Assembly: GCA_964580325.1 (NCBI GenBank) | Contig: CAZOLK010000005.1 | Span: 1 to 54,788 of the forward strand | Origin: an uncultured Verrucomicrobiota bacterium | GTDB lineage: Bacteria; Verrucomicrobiota; Kiritimatiellia; CAYTQP01; CAZOLK01 | Direction of reading: 5' to 3' | DNA length: 54,788 nucleotides | Part shown: in pieces, positions 34,062 to 42,923 of the stretch | Layout: each line of letters opens with the position of its first letter | Position numbering within the stretch: the first letter of the stretch is position 1 | Translations under genes and position numbers: made by a program | The notes under the pieces: model-generated | What the model was told of the DNA's origin: nothing | What the model saw: the letters and a program-made list of their open reading frames with translations, nothing else | Databases searched by the model: none

Positions 34062-35198
34062 TTATTCAGTCATAAAACTCCTGATGGCATCGGCATACAA
34101 TTCCGGTTCAATCAGAAAAGAGTCATGTCCTTTTTCTGAGTGGACCGTGACCAGCTTGCAGGGAATGCCGCAGGCGCTGATAATCGTGACCATTTCGTGC
34201 TGCCCCTCTGGATAAAAACAGACATCCGAGTCAATGGAAAAAACAAGGTACTGCTGCTGACGGCACCGTGCGAACATTTCAGCGAAATCCTCGCACCCCG
34301 TGTCGCATAGCAGATCATAATGCTGCCAAGCCTCGATAATACGCAGATACGTGTTGGCATCGAACCGCTGCACAAACTTACGGCCCTGGTGCAACATATA
34401 GGACTCAACTTGATGGGTCATCTTGTATCGCTTGAGATAGTCGTCCTGCTGCACAATTTCACGATGCGAACGACGTTCGATCGTTTGCAGGGAAATGAAC
34501 GTTTTCTGCGAAATAATCCTGGCCAAAGCCAACCCTTTCAGGGGTGGGATATTCTCGTAATAATCACCGTTGTTAAAATGCAGATCCTCTTCAATGGCGA
34601 ATATCTGTTCAAAATTGTGCAACCGTTGCAAAACTGTTAGCTGCAGTCCGCAAGCAATGAGTATGACCTTGTCGACTTTGCGAGGACAGCGGGTGGCCAG
34701 ATTCAACGCCATTAAACCACCCATGGATCCACCACCGCAAGCGTGCAACTTTTCGACACGTAAATGATCCAACAATTTCAACTGGCTGTTGACGATGTCC
34801 TGGATCTGCACTTTAGGAAATGCGCTGCCGTAAGGTTTGCCCGTTTCCGGATTCGTGGATCCCGGACCTGTACTGCCGTAGCAACCACCAAGATAATTGG
34901 CGCAAATAACGAAAAAACGCTCTGTATCAATAGCTTTTCCCGGTCCAATATATCCATTCCACCAACCTATTCGGCATTCATCGGTCCAGATTTCATCGAC
35001 GCCTGGTACAGACGCAGTATGCCCGTAGGCGTGCTGACTTCCGGACAAGGCATGGAAGATCAGCACAGCGTTGTCCCTGGTCGGCGAGAGTCGCCCATAG
35101 GTTTCATAAGCGACAGTCACAGGACCCAACTTTTCGCCGCTCATCAGTCGGAGCGGCTCTTGATCCGCAAAGGTGAAAAACTGTGTTTCGGTTTTCAT
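34062..35198 (-). CDS. metX: Homoserine O-acetyltransferase
   Basis: The ATG at 35198 (MKTETQFFTF..) avoids the overlap with metY. MetX blocks: AVLIFHALSGSQH, WWNGYIGPGKAIDT..FFVICANYLGGCYGSTGP, GGSMGG. Confidence 0.9.
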   Translation of the reverse strand: MKTETQFFTFADQEPLRLMSGEKLGPVTVAYETYGRLSPTRDNAVLIFHALSGSQHAYGHTASVPGVDEIWTDECRIGWWNGYIGPGKAIDTERFFVICANYLGGCYGSTGPGSTNPETGKPYGSAFPKVQIQDIVNSQLKLLDHLRVEKLHACGGGSMGGLMALNLATRCPRKVDKVILIACGLQLTVLQRLHNFEQIFAIEEDLHFNNGDYYENIPPLKGLALARIISQKTFISLQTIERRSHREIVQQDDYLKRYKMTHQVESYMLHQGRKFVQRFDANTYLRIIEAWQHYDLLCDTGCEDFAEMFARCRQQQYLVFSIDSDVCFYPEGQHEMVTIISACGIPCKLVTVHSEKGHDSFLIEPELYADAIRSFMTE

Positions 35199-35233
35199 CG
35201 ACACCACATCATTCCTTCCTATACTATCACGAC

Positions 35234-36505
35234 TTAGCCGGCAAGCGCTTGATCGATATCCATCAGAATATCGTCGATGTGCTCGAGTCCAATAGAGAGC
35301 CTGATCAATTCTGGTTTGATACATCCCAAAAGCTGCTGTTCAAGCGTCAATTGGGAATGGGTTGTGGAAGCGGGATGGATGGCCAGCGTCTTGGCATCGC
35401 CCACATTGGCAAGATGGGAAACGAGCTTAAGCCGATCAATGAATGCAGCACCTTTTTCCACACCGCCCTTGACGCCAAAAACAACCATGGCGCCAAAACC
35501 CTTATCCAACACCTTCGATGCAATGGCATGCGCGGGATCGTCAGACAGACCAGGATAGCGGACCCATTCGACTGCGGGATGCTGATCGAGGTGGCAAGCA
35601 ACAGCCATGGCATTTTCGCAATGACGCTGCATGCGCAAAGGCAATGTTTCAATGCCCTGCAAAAAAATCCAGGCATTATCAGGCGAAATACAGGCGCCCA
35701 AATTGCGCAGGGGCACCAACCGCATGCGCAAAATATAAGCCAGAGACGACAACTCGCCGAGATCGGATGCATAACGGATATCGTGATAGCTGGGATCCGG
35801 TTCCGACAACAGCGGAAATTTCCCACTGGTCCAGTCAAATTTACCCGAATCCACCACAATCCCGCCAATGCCCGCACCATGACCGCCAAGCCACTTGGTC
35901 AGTGAATGCACGACGATGTCGGCGCCATGCTCCATAGGCCGGCATAACCAGGGTGTGGCAAATGTATTGTCAACCACCAACGGCAATCCATGAGCATGCG
36001 CTACATCTGCCAATGCAGTCAGATCCACGCAATCCAAACCCGGATTACCGATAGTTTCGCAATAAACCAGTTTGGTCTTTTCGTTGATAGCTGCGGCAAT
36101 CTGATCAGAGGCGCGCGGGTCGACGAAACAAGCTCGAATACCCATCTGGGGCAAAATATCGTTGAATTGGGTATATGAACCACCATAGAGATTATTAGCG
36201 GAAACAAATTCGTCGCCAGTCTTGCATAGGTTGATAATGCTGTAAAAAATAGCACTCGTACCGGAAGCGAGCGCCAGAGCAGCCGCACCGCCTTCCAGAG
36301 CAGACATCCGCTTTTCCAGAATATCCTGGGTCGGATTCATCAAACGAGTATAAATATTACCCAATTCTTTCAAAGCGAATAAATCTGATGCATGTTGCGT
36401 ATTACGAAAAAGATACGCACTTGTTCGATAAACCGGGATACCGCGGGACATGGTCGAGGCATCCACCTCTTGGCCGGCATGAAGCGCTAAAGTTTCAAAT
36501 TTCAT
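35234..36505 (-). CDS. metY: O-acetylhomoserine aminocarboxypropyltransferase/sulfhydrylase (PLP-dependent)
   Basis: 423 aa with [22 protein letters not shown] and the PLP-lysine block [13 protein letters not shown]. It lies immediately upstream of metX. Confidence 0.9.
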   Translation of the reverse strand: MKFETLALHAGQEVDASTMSRGIPVYRTSAYLFRNTQHASDLFALKELGNIYTRLMNPTQDILEKRMSALEGGAAALALASGTSAIFYSIINLCKTGDEFVSANNLYGGSYTQFNDILPQMGIRACFVDPRASDQIAAAINEKTKLVYCETIGNPGLDCVDLTALADVAHAHGLPLVVDNTFATPWLCRPMEHGADIVVHSLTKWLGGHGAGIGGIVVDSGKFDWTSGKFPLLSEPDPSYHDIRYASDLGELSSLAYILRMRLVPLRNLGACISPDNAWIFLQGIETLPLRMQRHCENAMAVACHLDQHPAVEWVRYPGLSDDPAHAIASKVLDKGFGAMVVFGVKGGVEKGAAFIDRLKLVSHLANVGDAKTLAIHPASTTHSQLTLEQQLLGCIKPELIRLSIGLEHIDDILMDIDQALAG

Positions 36506-36575
36506 GTCATTTATTCTTTACTTTTAAAAAAAAGAAGTTTACTATCACGCTCATCATTTGCAAGCCTTTTTTTTC

Positions 36576-36731
36576 GGGGTTCGCGCAGAAATAACTTCGC
36601 ATTTTGAGAAGTTAAGGCATTTTGCCGGCAAGGCGCAACACCACAGGAATATTTGGAATATTTCGAGTTGTTGCAACGAAGCAGATGGATGAACGTCGTA
36701 ACGTGAAGTAGTTTCTGCGCGGACCCTCAGG
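36576..36731 (-). repeat. Intergenic imperfect-palindrome repeat, copy C (inverted orientation, two arms)
   Basis: Arms gggttcgcgcagaaataacttc (36577-36598) and gaagtagtttctgcgcggaccc (36705-36726) are 19/22 complementary. The core ggaatatttggaatatttc lies at 36646-36664. The copy aligns to the reverse complement of copy B. Confidence 0.75.
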
Positions 36732-36842
36732 ATTCAACAGTTGTGCCTGTCAGAGGTGGCATTCTTATTTTGGAGAAAGCCCACCACTGTATCGTGCGAC
36801 AGCTAGGCTAGCATAAGTACAAAAAAAGAGTGGGAGATACTT

Positions 36843-38735
36843 ATGAGTGAGAAATACGCAGACTTATTGCAAACTAAAATGAGCACAGCCAATTATCAGA
36901 AGCTGGTCGCTCTTGATAATAAAAAACTGTTTAACTTTATTGGCGAATATATCGAACTGTGCGAACCTGACACGGTATATATGTGTGATGACAGCGATGC
37001 TGACGCTGAATACATTCGTTTAAAAACACTGGAAAAAGGAGAAGAAACCCCGCTGGCCAAAGACGGGCAGACCATCCACTACGATGGGTATGGGGACCAG
37101 GCGCGCGACAAAGCAAACACCCGCTTTTTAGTCAGCCCGGAAGCCAGGGCTTCAATGGGCAACCTTAATTGTATTGATTTTGAAGAAGGCATGCAGGAAA
37201 TCCGCGATATCGCACGCGGCATCATGAAAGGCAAAGAAGCCATCGTCAAACTTTTCTGTGAGTGTCCGACCAACAGTATTTTTTCGATCGGATGCGCCCA
37301 GATTACGGATTCTTACTACGTGGCTCATTCAGAAGACATCCTGTACCGCCGTGGTTACGAGCAATTCCAACAGATGAAGGATAAAGACAGCTTCTTCCGC
37401 TTTTGCCACAGCGCCGGTCCTCTGGATGAGCGCGGTTGTACAATCAACCTGGAAAAACGCAGAATCTATCAGGATGTGGAAAATAAGATCGTTTTTTCGA
37501 TGAACGCACAATATGCCGGAAATTCCGTCGGTCTTAAAAAACATTCCATGCGTTTGGCCATCAAGAAGTCCAGTACCGAAGGCTGGCTCTGCGAGCATAT
37601 GTTTATCATGGGCTGCCAAAATAAAGAGAAAAATCGGGTCACCTATTTTTGCGGCGCCTTTCCTTCAGCTTGTGGCAAAACCGCAACAGCCATGATTCCT
37701 GGAGAAACATTGATTGGTGACGATATCGCCTATTTCAAAAACGTGGATTGCGAATTCCGCGCAGCCAATGTCGAGCGCGGTATTTTCGGTATTATCCGCG
37801 ACGTAAATGAAAAAGACGATCCAGTGATTTATCGCACCCTGATGTCATCAGGCAACGAGATGATCTTCTCTAATGTGCTGACCGGACCGGACAAGAATCC
37901 GTACTGGCAGGGAATGGGTATTGAAACGCCCAAAGCGGGTATCAACCACTCTGGTTCATGGCATGAAAACGACAAGGACGACCAGGGCGCCTTAATTCCA
38001 TTGTCTCATGGCAATGCGCGCTACACCATCCGTCTAGCCTACCTGGAAAACCTGGACCCCGAATGGGACAACAAAAACGGCGTAGTCGTGGGAGGCCTGC
38101 TGTACGGCGGTCGCGATTCGCACACATGCGTACCGGTTGAAGAATCGTTTGGCTGGGAAGACGGCATTATTATGAAAGCATGTACGCTCGAATCCGAGAC
38201 GACCGCGGCGACGCTGGGTCAAGAGGGCGTGCTCAAACCCCAGCCCATGGCTAACCTGGACTTCATCAGTTACCCCATCGGGCAGTATATTCAGAATAAT
38301 TTGGACTTCACCAAAAACATGAAAAAAGCCACGCCCGTTTTCGCCACAAACTACTTTCTCAAGAACGAGCAAGGCGAGTATTGCACCAGCAAACTGGCTA
38401 AAAAAGTCTGGTTGCACTGGGCCGAGGCACGCGTTCATGGTGAACTGGAAGCCTATGTAACACCCACGGGGCTGATTCCCAAGTACGAAGACCTGACGCC
38501 TCTGTTTGAAAAATTGCTTGGTGAAGATTATACCCATGAAGATTACGAGTACCAGTTCACGTTCCGTTGCGATGCCTGGCTGGCCAAGCTAGATCGTTGC
38601 ATCAAATACTTCAAGGAAAACATTCCTGACTGTCCTGAATTGGTCTTTAGCAAATGGGAAGAAGCACGCCGGAAAATCGAAGAAGCCAAGTCGAAATATG
38701 GCGAATTGATCGGCCCTGGAAAATATCAGGGTTGA
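36843..38735 (+). CDS. pckG: Phosphoenolpyruvate carboxykinase (GTP)
   Basis: 630 aa with the kinase-1a P-loop FPSACGKT and typical GTP-PEPCK length and blocks (IGDDIAYF, GNARYT). GGGAG lies upstream of the ATG. Confidence 0.9.
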   Translation: MSEKYADLLQTKMSTANYQKLVALDNKKLFNFIGEYIELCEPDTVYMCDDSDADAEYIRLKTLEKGEETPLAKDGQTIHYDGYGDQARDKANTRFLVSPEARASMGNLNCIDFEEGMQEIRDIARGIMKGKEAIVKLFCECPTNSIFSIGCAQITDSYYVAHSEDILYRRGYEQFQQMKDKDSFFRFCHSAGPLDERGCTINLEKRRIYQDVENKIVFSMNAQYAGNSVGLKKHSMRLAIKKSSTEGWLCEHMFIMGCQNKEKNRVTYFCGAFPSACGKTATAMIPGETLIGDDIAYFKNVDCEFRAANVERGIFGIIRDVNEKDDPVIYRTLMSSGNEMIFSNVLTGPDKNPYWQGMGIETPKAGINHSGSWHENDKDDQGALIPLSHGNARYTIRLAYLENLDPEWDNKNGVVVGGLLYGGRDSHTCVPVEESFGWEDGIIMKACTLESETTAATLGQEGVLKPQPMANLDFISYPIGQYIQNNLDFTKNMKKATPVFATNYFLKNEQGEYCTSKLAKKVWLHWAEARVHGELEAYVTPTGLIPKYEDLTPLFEKLLGEDYTHEDYEYQFTFRCDAWLAKLDRCIKYFKENIPDCPELVFSKWEEARRKIEEAKSKYGELIGPGKYQG

Positions 38736-38768
38736 TGGCCTGGTAAATCAACGCGATTGAAGTGTCAA

Positions 38769-38811
38769 AATGGCTGCAGCATTCACTCTTTTCATGAATG
38801 CTGTAGCCATT
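38769..38811. terminator. Strong hairpin between convergent pckG and the pseudopilin operon
   Basis: aatggctgcagcattca (38769-38785) pairs with tgaatgctgtagccatt (38795-38811) at 16/17, with a 9-nt loop. The U-tract (ttttgaca) is on the minus-strand side only. Confidence 0.55.
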
Positions 38812-39091
38812 GTCAGCGCCGACTCAAAACTGTCGTTTTTTCGCCGGTTTGAACGTGTCGAAACTGTCAACCATTTTCTTCGATGATCCCTGTAAATTTC
38901 TACTTCATCATGTGTATTAACAGAGGTTGTATGATATTCATCTCAGATGCGATACGGTCATTCATTCAGCAATCCAGCCCGTCGAGTCCTATCGCTTTGT
39001 GATCCAGCATGTTGCACTCCTACAGCGCCTGTATATGGCTAAATCGGCCTAAAACGTACATTTTCGCACCGCCGCTGACAATCATTTATAT

Positions 39092-39445
39092 TTATCGTTT
39101 CAGGAAGTATAACTCCAGAGAAGGAATTCCTTTTCCTTCGGGTTCAAAGCGCAACACATCCCAAACCAGGTTTTCATTTTCATCGGAAACAATTTCCGCT
39201 TTAGGAAGCCTGTTCCAAACACCATGCGATGAATAAGGCGTTTCAAGGTCAATATCCAAAGAGCGAGAAGCTTCGATATAATAACTTATATACGTGAGTT
39301 GGCGTTGCTGCTGAGCCGCAGCTTCAAGCCGCAACAACGAAATCACTGCGATGCCGATTACCGTTAGGGTCAAACAACAGATGGCCAAAGAGAGTAAAAC
39401 CTCAACCAAGGTGAATCCATCATTCCGCGCTGGATATATCCGCAT
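39092..39445 (-). CDS. Minor pseudopilin (prepilin-type N-terminal cleavage/methylation domain)
   Basis: The ATG at 39445 gives MRIYPARNDG|FTLVEVLLSLAICCLTL.., a canonical prepilin leader and hydrophobic helix. 117 aa. It overlaps the gspG end by 26 nt. Confidence 0.7.
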   Translation of the reverse strand: MRIYPARNDGFTLVEVLLSLAICCLTLTVIGIAVISLLRLEAAAQQQRQLTYISYYIEASRSLDIDLETPYSSHGVWNRLPKAEIVSDENENLVWDVLRFEPEGKGIPSLELYFLKR

Positions 39446-39941
39446 TATAGCCAGTTCCGCCAGGTTCACCATCACTCCCATAACTGAGCACTTCAAAGGC
39501 AAGCCCTTCCCGACCGGGAACACGATAAATATATGGGTTGCCCCATGGATCCAAAGGCAGTTTCAGTTTTTCCATGTAACCGCCTTCTGGATAATTACGC
39601 GGAACCGGCGGGATGGTCGGCTTCCGGACCAGGGCTTCCAAACCTTGCTCCATGGTCGGAATACGCCCTTCAGCAATCATATATTGCTTGATCAAATCCG
39701 AATACGCATGGATTTGAATGCGTGCCTTATTGACTTTAGTGGTTTTGATATGATGCATGACATTGAATCCAACCACCCCGACCAAGGCCATGATAATCAT
39801 CATGACAATCAATATTTCCGCAAGTGTAAAACCGCTTTTCGAGCCAAAGGCGTGCGCAAAAAGAAGTTCGCCATTTGTGGAGGTAAGTCGCCCAGCCGGC
39901 AAGGCGCGAATGTGCAGGAATATTGAAATATTTCGAAACAT
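39420..39941 (-). CDS. gspG: Type II secretion major pseudopilin GspG-like (start uncertain)
   Basis: G|FTLAEILIVMMIIMALVGV.., DPWGNPYIYRVPGREG and VLSYGSDGEPGGTGYNADI are classic GspG blocks. The only in-frame starts (39941 and 40022) give 41- or 68-aa leaders that lie inside repeat copy D. Confidence 0.8.
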   Translation of the reverse strand: MFRNISIFLHIRALPAGRLTSTNGELLFAHAFGSKSGFTLAEILIVMMIIMALVGVVGFNVMHHIKTTKVNKARIQIHAYSDLIKQYMIAEGRIPTMEQGLEALVRKPTIPPVPRNYPEGGYMEKLKLPLDPWGNPYIYRVPGREGLAFEVLSYGSDGEPGGTGYNADISSAE

Positions 39942-40007
39942 TCGCAACGAAGCCGGATGGGATGAATTGCCCCTCAATGGTAAATTTATTTTTTCGCACG
40001 GCCTAAG
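39844..40007 (-). repeat. Intergenic imperfect-palindrome repeat, copy D (inverted orientation), overlapping the gspG 5' end
   Basis: The core ggaatattgaaatatttc lies at 39917-39934. The right arm gcaacgaagccggatgggatgaattgcccctcaatggtaaatttattttttcgcacggcctaag nearly matches the copy B left arm. The left arm ends about 6 nt from the prepilin cleavage-site codon. Confidence 0.7.
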
Positions 40008-40033
40008 TATTTTCGCATTCATATTTCGCAGGC

Positions 40034-42292
40034 TTAACCGGTTGGGCTGATGTCAAGAATTTGAAAATCGCGATCAGGAAATGCCAAAAGCCAGATTCTG
40101 AACCACAAAGCATTGTCATCCTCATAATCTTCATAACCAGGTTTGAACCTTAAACCAGTCTCCCAACCAATACAATCCATCTTATGCTGCAGAACATAGT
40201 AATGTTCCTCAACCCGTCCTTCATCGAAATCATTTCGAACATACGCTTTGACACCCCACTTCTGTACGGGAAAATAATCAATAGCAAAAGAAGCGAGACT
40301 CTTCGAGTCCTTGCGATAGCCATAATCGGCATAGATTTTACTGTCGTTGTGCCAGGCGTACCACAACTGGCTGTCGAATTCCAATAAACCTTCACCATAC
40401 CAATCCATATCCAACTCAAAATCGAGTCTGAAATGGTCTGATGGCAGCAATTCGGCATCAATGGTTAATGGACCAAAATCGTCTTCTGCTTCCTGTTTTT
40501 CAATGCGGTAAAGCGTGTACATATCAATGTTGACCATGTCCGTCAGCCGCAACATACGCTTGGTCTGCCAACGGTTTCGCCAACCGAAAGTCACATTGTG
40601 TTCCATATCGTACGTATCGATCTCATCGAACTGATACAGCTCATGGGGTTCGATATTAGGCTCCGGCGTGTATTGATAAATAGCGTAAGGCTCCACAATA
40701 TGCCGCAGCCCAGTACCATAGCCACGCTCTTCATTGTGAATGAGCTTGTAAGCCTTAAAGGACGTTTCTACTTTAAAATCATAGAGATTGCGAAGCTCAG
40801 CATCCCCTTCGGAACCGGACTGGGAGACGACCTGCTCCTCTGTCGTTTCCACGCCATTGGTATCGACCACAGTCACGATGTTGGTAATCTGGATTGTCTC
40901 AGGTTTCAAAGCGGAGTAATAGGTTCCCCGATAACCCAGACTGGGAATGATATTAAGAAAACCGAAGTATTTTTTGACATGACTGACTTTATGTTCAGTG
41001 AAAAATCGCGTGACTTCATAGTCCTCCCGACCGGATCCGTCCGGATAAACCCTTTCCAGTCGCGACAGATAATTCTGACTGTCATAATAAAAGCGTGAGT
41101 CGCCAATATGATATGAAGGCACACTCAAATTCAATTCCGGCACCCGGTCCACGTTCTCATAAAAATCGTTAAGTCGCTTATTCAGCAATAGGCCGGAGGA
41201 AAAGTTATCACCGCGATAGGACAAAGCTATGCGGTTCTCAGGCTGCGACTGTTCGCGAAACTCACGCTCAAAAAAATCCTCGATCACTTTCGGATCACTC
41301 AAATAATGAAAATCTGCAATCAATGCCGTGCGATCCGTCAAAGCTTGATTATGCTTCAACCGTACACGGTAGCGCTCCGAATCGACGGTATCGCCGAATT
41401 CGGCTTCTTCCTCTTCATTTCTAAAAGGGCGATCATCCCATGCATAGTAGGTTTTTATCTCACCTGTTGCTGTCTCATCTGGTGTATCCCAGAAAAAGTC
41501 CTGCCCAACAGCGATGCCTCGATCCAAGCGATAATCGAGATGGGTTTTGGACTTGAACGTGTCATTCAACCGCATCCGATAAGCAACCAGCAGGAACGCG
41601 CCCCAGGAACCTTTATAACCGGGCACAATCTCCCAGGGGCTTTCTTCATCCTGTAAATCGAATTTGATCAAAGGCAAATAAAAGAAAGGAACAGGCCCCA
41701 GATAAGGCACCACATTCCAGGCTGTCACATAACGCCTGTCTTTAACCGTGGCAGTGGCGGCCTTCATCTTGAATTCTTTCTTTTCCTGATCACAGGTTGT
41801 AACCATCACCTTGTAAGCTTTGTACTTGTTCGTACTGATTTGCTCAGTTCGCTCATTGGTCATAATATAAACACTATTGGTATTATCCTGCCTATAGGTC
41901 ATCCCCTGCGGCAGGTCCAACTGCCCCGTTAGGAAATTATAGCTGCCTTCCAGTCCAGTCCCTGTCTCCCCTCCCTCTGCGACCACTACATTGCCCCTGG
42001 CATAGCAATTCATGGTTTCCGTATCGAGCTGAACAAAATCGGCGCTCAAAGATCTGCCGCCCACACGAACGAAAACATTACCTTTTCCGATCAAGTATTT
42101 ATTATTATTGCGGTATTCCATGACATCTGCTTTGAATTCAACCTGATCCCGCACCGCATTGGTCACTGCATTGGTAGACGGTACGTGTTCAGCGGCCTGC
42201 AAAAAGCAGCATGAAAGCAGATACCAATTGAATGTAATAATGTAAGTTGATTTTAACAAAACCTCACCCTTTATTCTGGTACTTATCCACAC
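40034..42292 (-). CDS. lptD: LptD/OstA-like outer-membrane LPS-assembly protein
   Basis: 752 aa with a signal-like N-terminus. The OstA-type N-terminal domain pattern is VEFKADVMEYRNNNKYLIGKGNVFVRVGGRSLSADFVQLD..ARGNVVV. A long aromatic-rich beta-barrel-like C-terminal region follows. Start (GTG 42292 or a downstream TTG) is uncertain. Confidence 0.65.
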   Translation of the reverse strand: MWISTRIKGEVLLKSTYIITFNWYLLSCCFLQAAEHVPSTNAVTNAVRDQVEFKADVMEYRNNNKYLIGKGNVFVRVGGRSLSADFVQLDTETMNCYARGNVVVAEGGETGTGLEGSYNFLTGQLDLPQGMTYRQDNTNSVYIMTNERTEQISTNKYKAYKVMVTTCDQEKKEFKMKAATATVKDRRYVTAWNVVPYLGPVPFFYLPLIKFDLQDEESPWEIVPGYKGSWGAFLLVAYRMRLNDTFKSKTHLDYRLDRGIAVGQDFFWDTPDETATGEIKTYYAWDDRPFRNEEEEAEFGDTVDSERYRVRLKHNQALTDRTALIADFHYLSDPKVIEDFFEREFREQSQPENRIALSYRGDNFSSGLLLNKRLNDFYENVDRVPELNLSVPSYHIGDSRFYYDSQNYLSRLERVYPDGSGREDYEVTRFFTEHKVSHVKKYFGFLNIIPSLGYRGTYYSALKPETIQITNIVTVVDTNGVETTEEQVVSQSGSEGDAELRNLYDFKVETSFKAYKLIHNEERGYGTGLRHIVEPYAIYQYTPEPNIEPHELYQFDEIDTYDMEHNVTFGWRNRWQTKRMLRLTDMVNIDMYTLYRIEKQEAEDDFGPLTIDAELLPSDHFRLDFELDMDWYGEGLLEFDSQLWYAWHNDSKIYADYGYRKDSKSLASFAIDYFPVQKWGVKAYVRNDFDEGRVEEHYYVLQHKMDCIGWETGLRFKPGYEDYEDDNALWFRIWLLAFPDRDFQILDISPTG

Positions 42293-42328
42293 ACGAGTCC
42301 CAACCCTTACGTATCGCTTCCCTGTATC

Positions 42329-42736
42329 TCAGTTGCGCAACCAGGGAAACAACCAACTCCAGAAACTTTTCTTCGTCTTCTTTTTTCTCTGACTTCTCAT
42401 ACTACGACGACTGCTGAATGTGGTTTTGTCACCGCCTTTTCGCTTAATCGTCACAATGCGATTTTGCGCGGCTGCCGGGATATCGATATCTTTTGGTAGA
42501 TCGATGCGAACAGTCGTCCCTTTCACATCATCGTCACCACCAGGCTCTGCGCCTAAATCCATGGAAGCATCGCCGCAATTCCCCCCTGCTCCCGTCGATT
42601 CGTGTGGAACCACAATTAAATTCTCGCAAGTCGGGCATTCTATCTCCATTCCACACATATCAGGAGGAGCATCCAAGTTTTGCGTGCAAAAAGGACAATC
42701 GAAATTGATATCTTCCGTCATAACAACCTCTTCCAT
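42329..42736 (-). CDS. Zinc-ribbon protein with basic C-terminal tail
   Basis: 135 aa with CPFC-x16-CPTC followed by ENLIVVP, the same ribbon style as 3424..3747. The C-terminus is RRSMRSQRKKKTKKSFWSWLFPWL. It lies 36 nt upstream of lptD. Confidence 0.55.
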   Translation of the reverse strand: MEEVVMTEDINFDCPFCTQNLDAPPDMCGMEIECPTCENLIVVPHESTGAGGNCGDASMDLGAEPGGDDDVKGTTVRIDLPKDIDIPAAAQNRIVTIKRKGGDKTTFSSRRSMRSQRKKKTKKSFWSWLFPWLRN

Positions 42737-42923
42737 GGCACATTAAATAAAAAACTTCTGCATAGTATATCATAAGTTCAAAAAAAGTAAACGGAAAACA
42801 AAACTCGTATTTTCATAATACCATGCTCAACAACAGAAAATTGAAAAGTATTACGAGCGTCTGTACTAGTCATAAAAGAAAAGTCTTTCCATGGAAAGCC
42901 AAAAAAAACTGTTTGGCACTTTT

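Noticed and set aside
34059-34064. The convergent kinase-like gene and metX have directly abutting stop codons (TGA 34059-34061 / TAA complement 34062-34064), leaving no intergenic space for terminators
   Set aside because: This is a real observation, but such packing occurs in compact genomes and I see no further structure. Not judged interesting on its own.
39030-39080. Possible fifth, solo and degenerate arm unit of the palindromic repeat (atggctaaat...cattttcgcaccgcc), 14 nt from the minor-pseudopilin stop
   Set aside because: Only two short blocks resemble the arm consensus, and the AT core and the partner arm are absent. The evidence is too weak without a computed alignment.
42883-42896. 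Palindrome ctttccatggaaag flanked by A8 after the 801-aa gene, considered as a terminator
   Set aside because: Only a 5-bp stem with a 4-nt loop is feasible, which is too weak to call.
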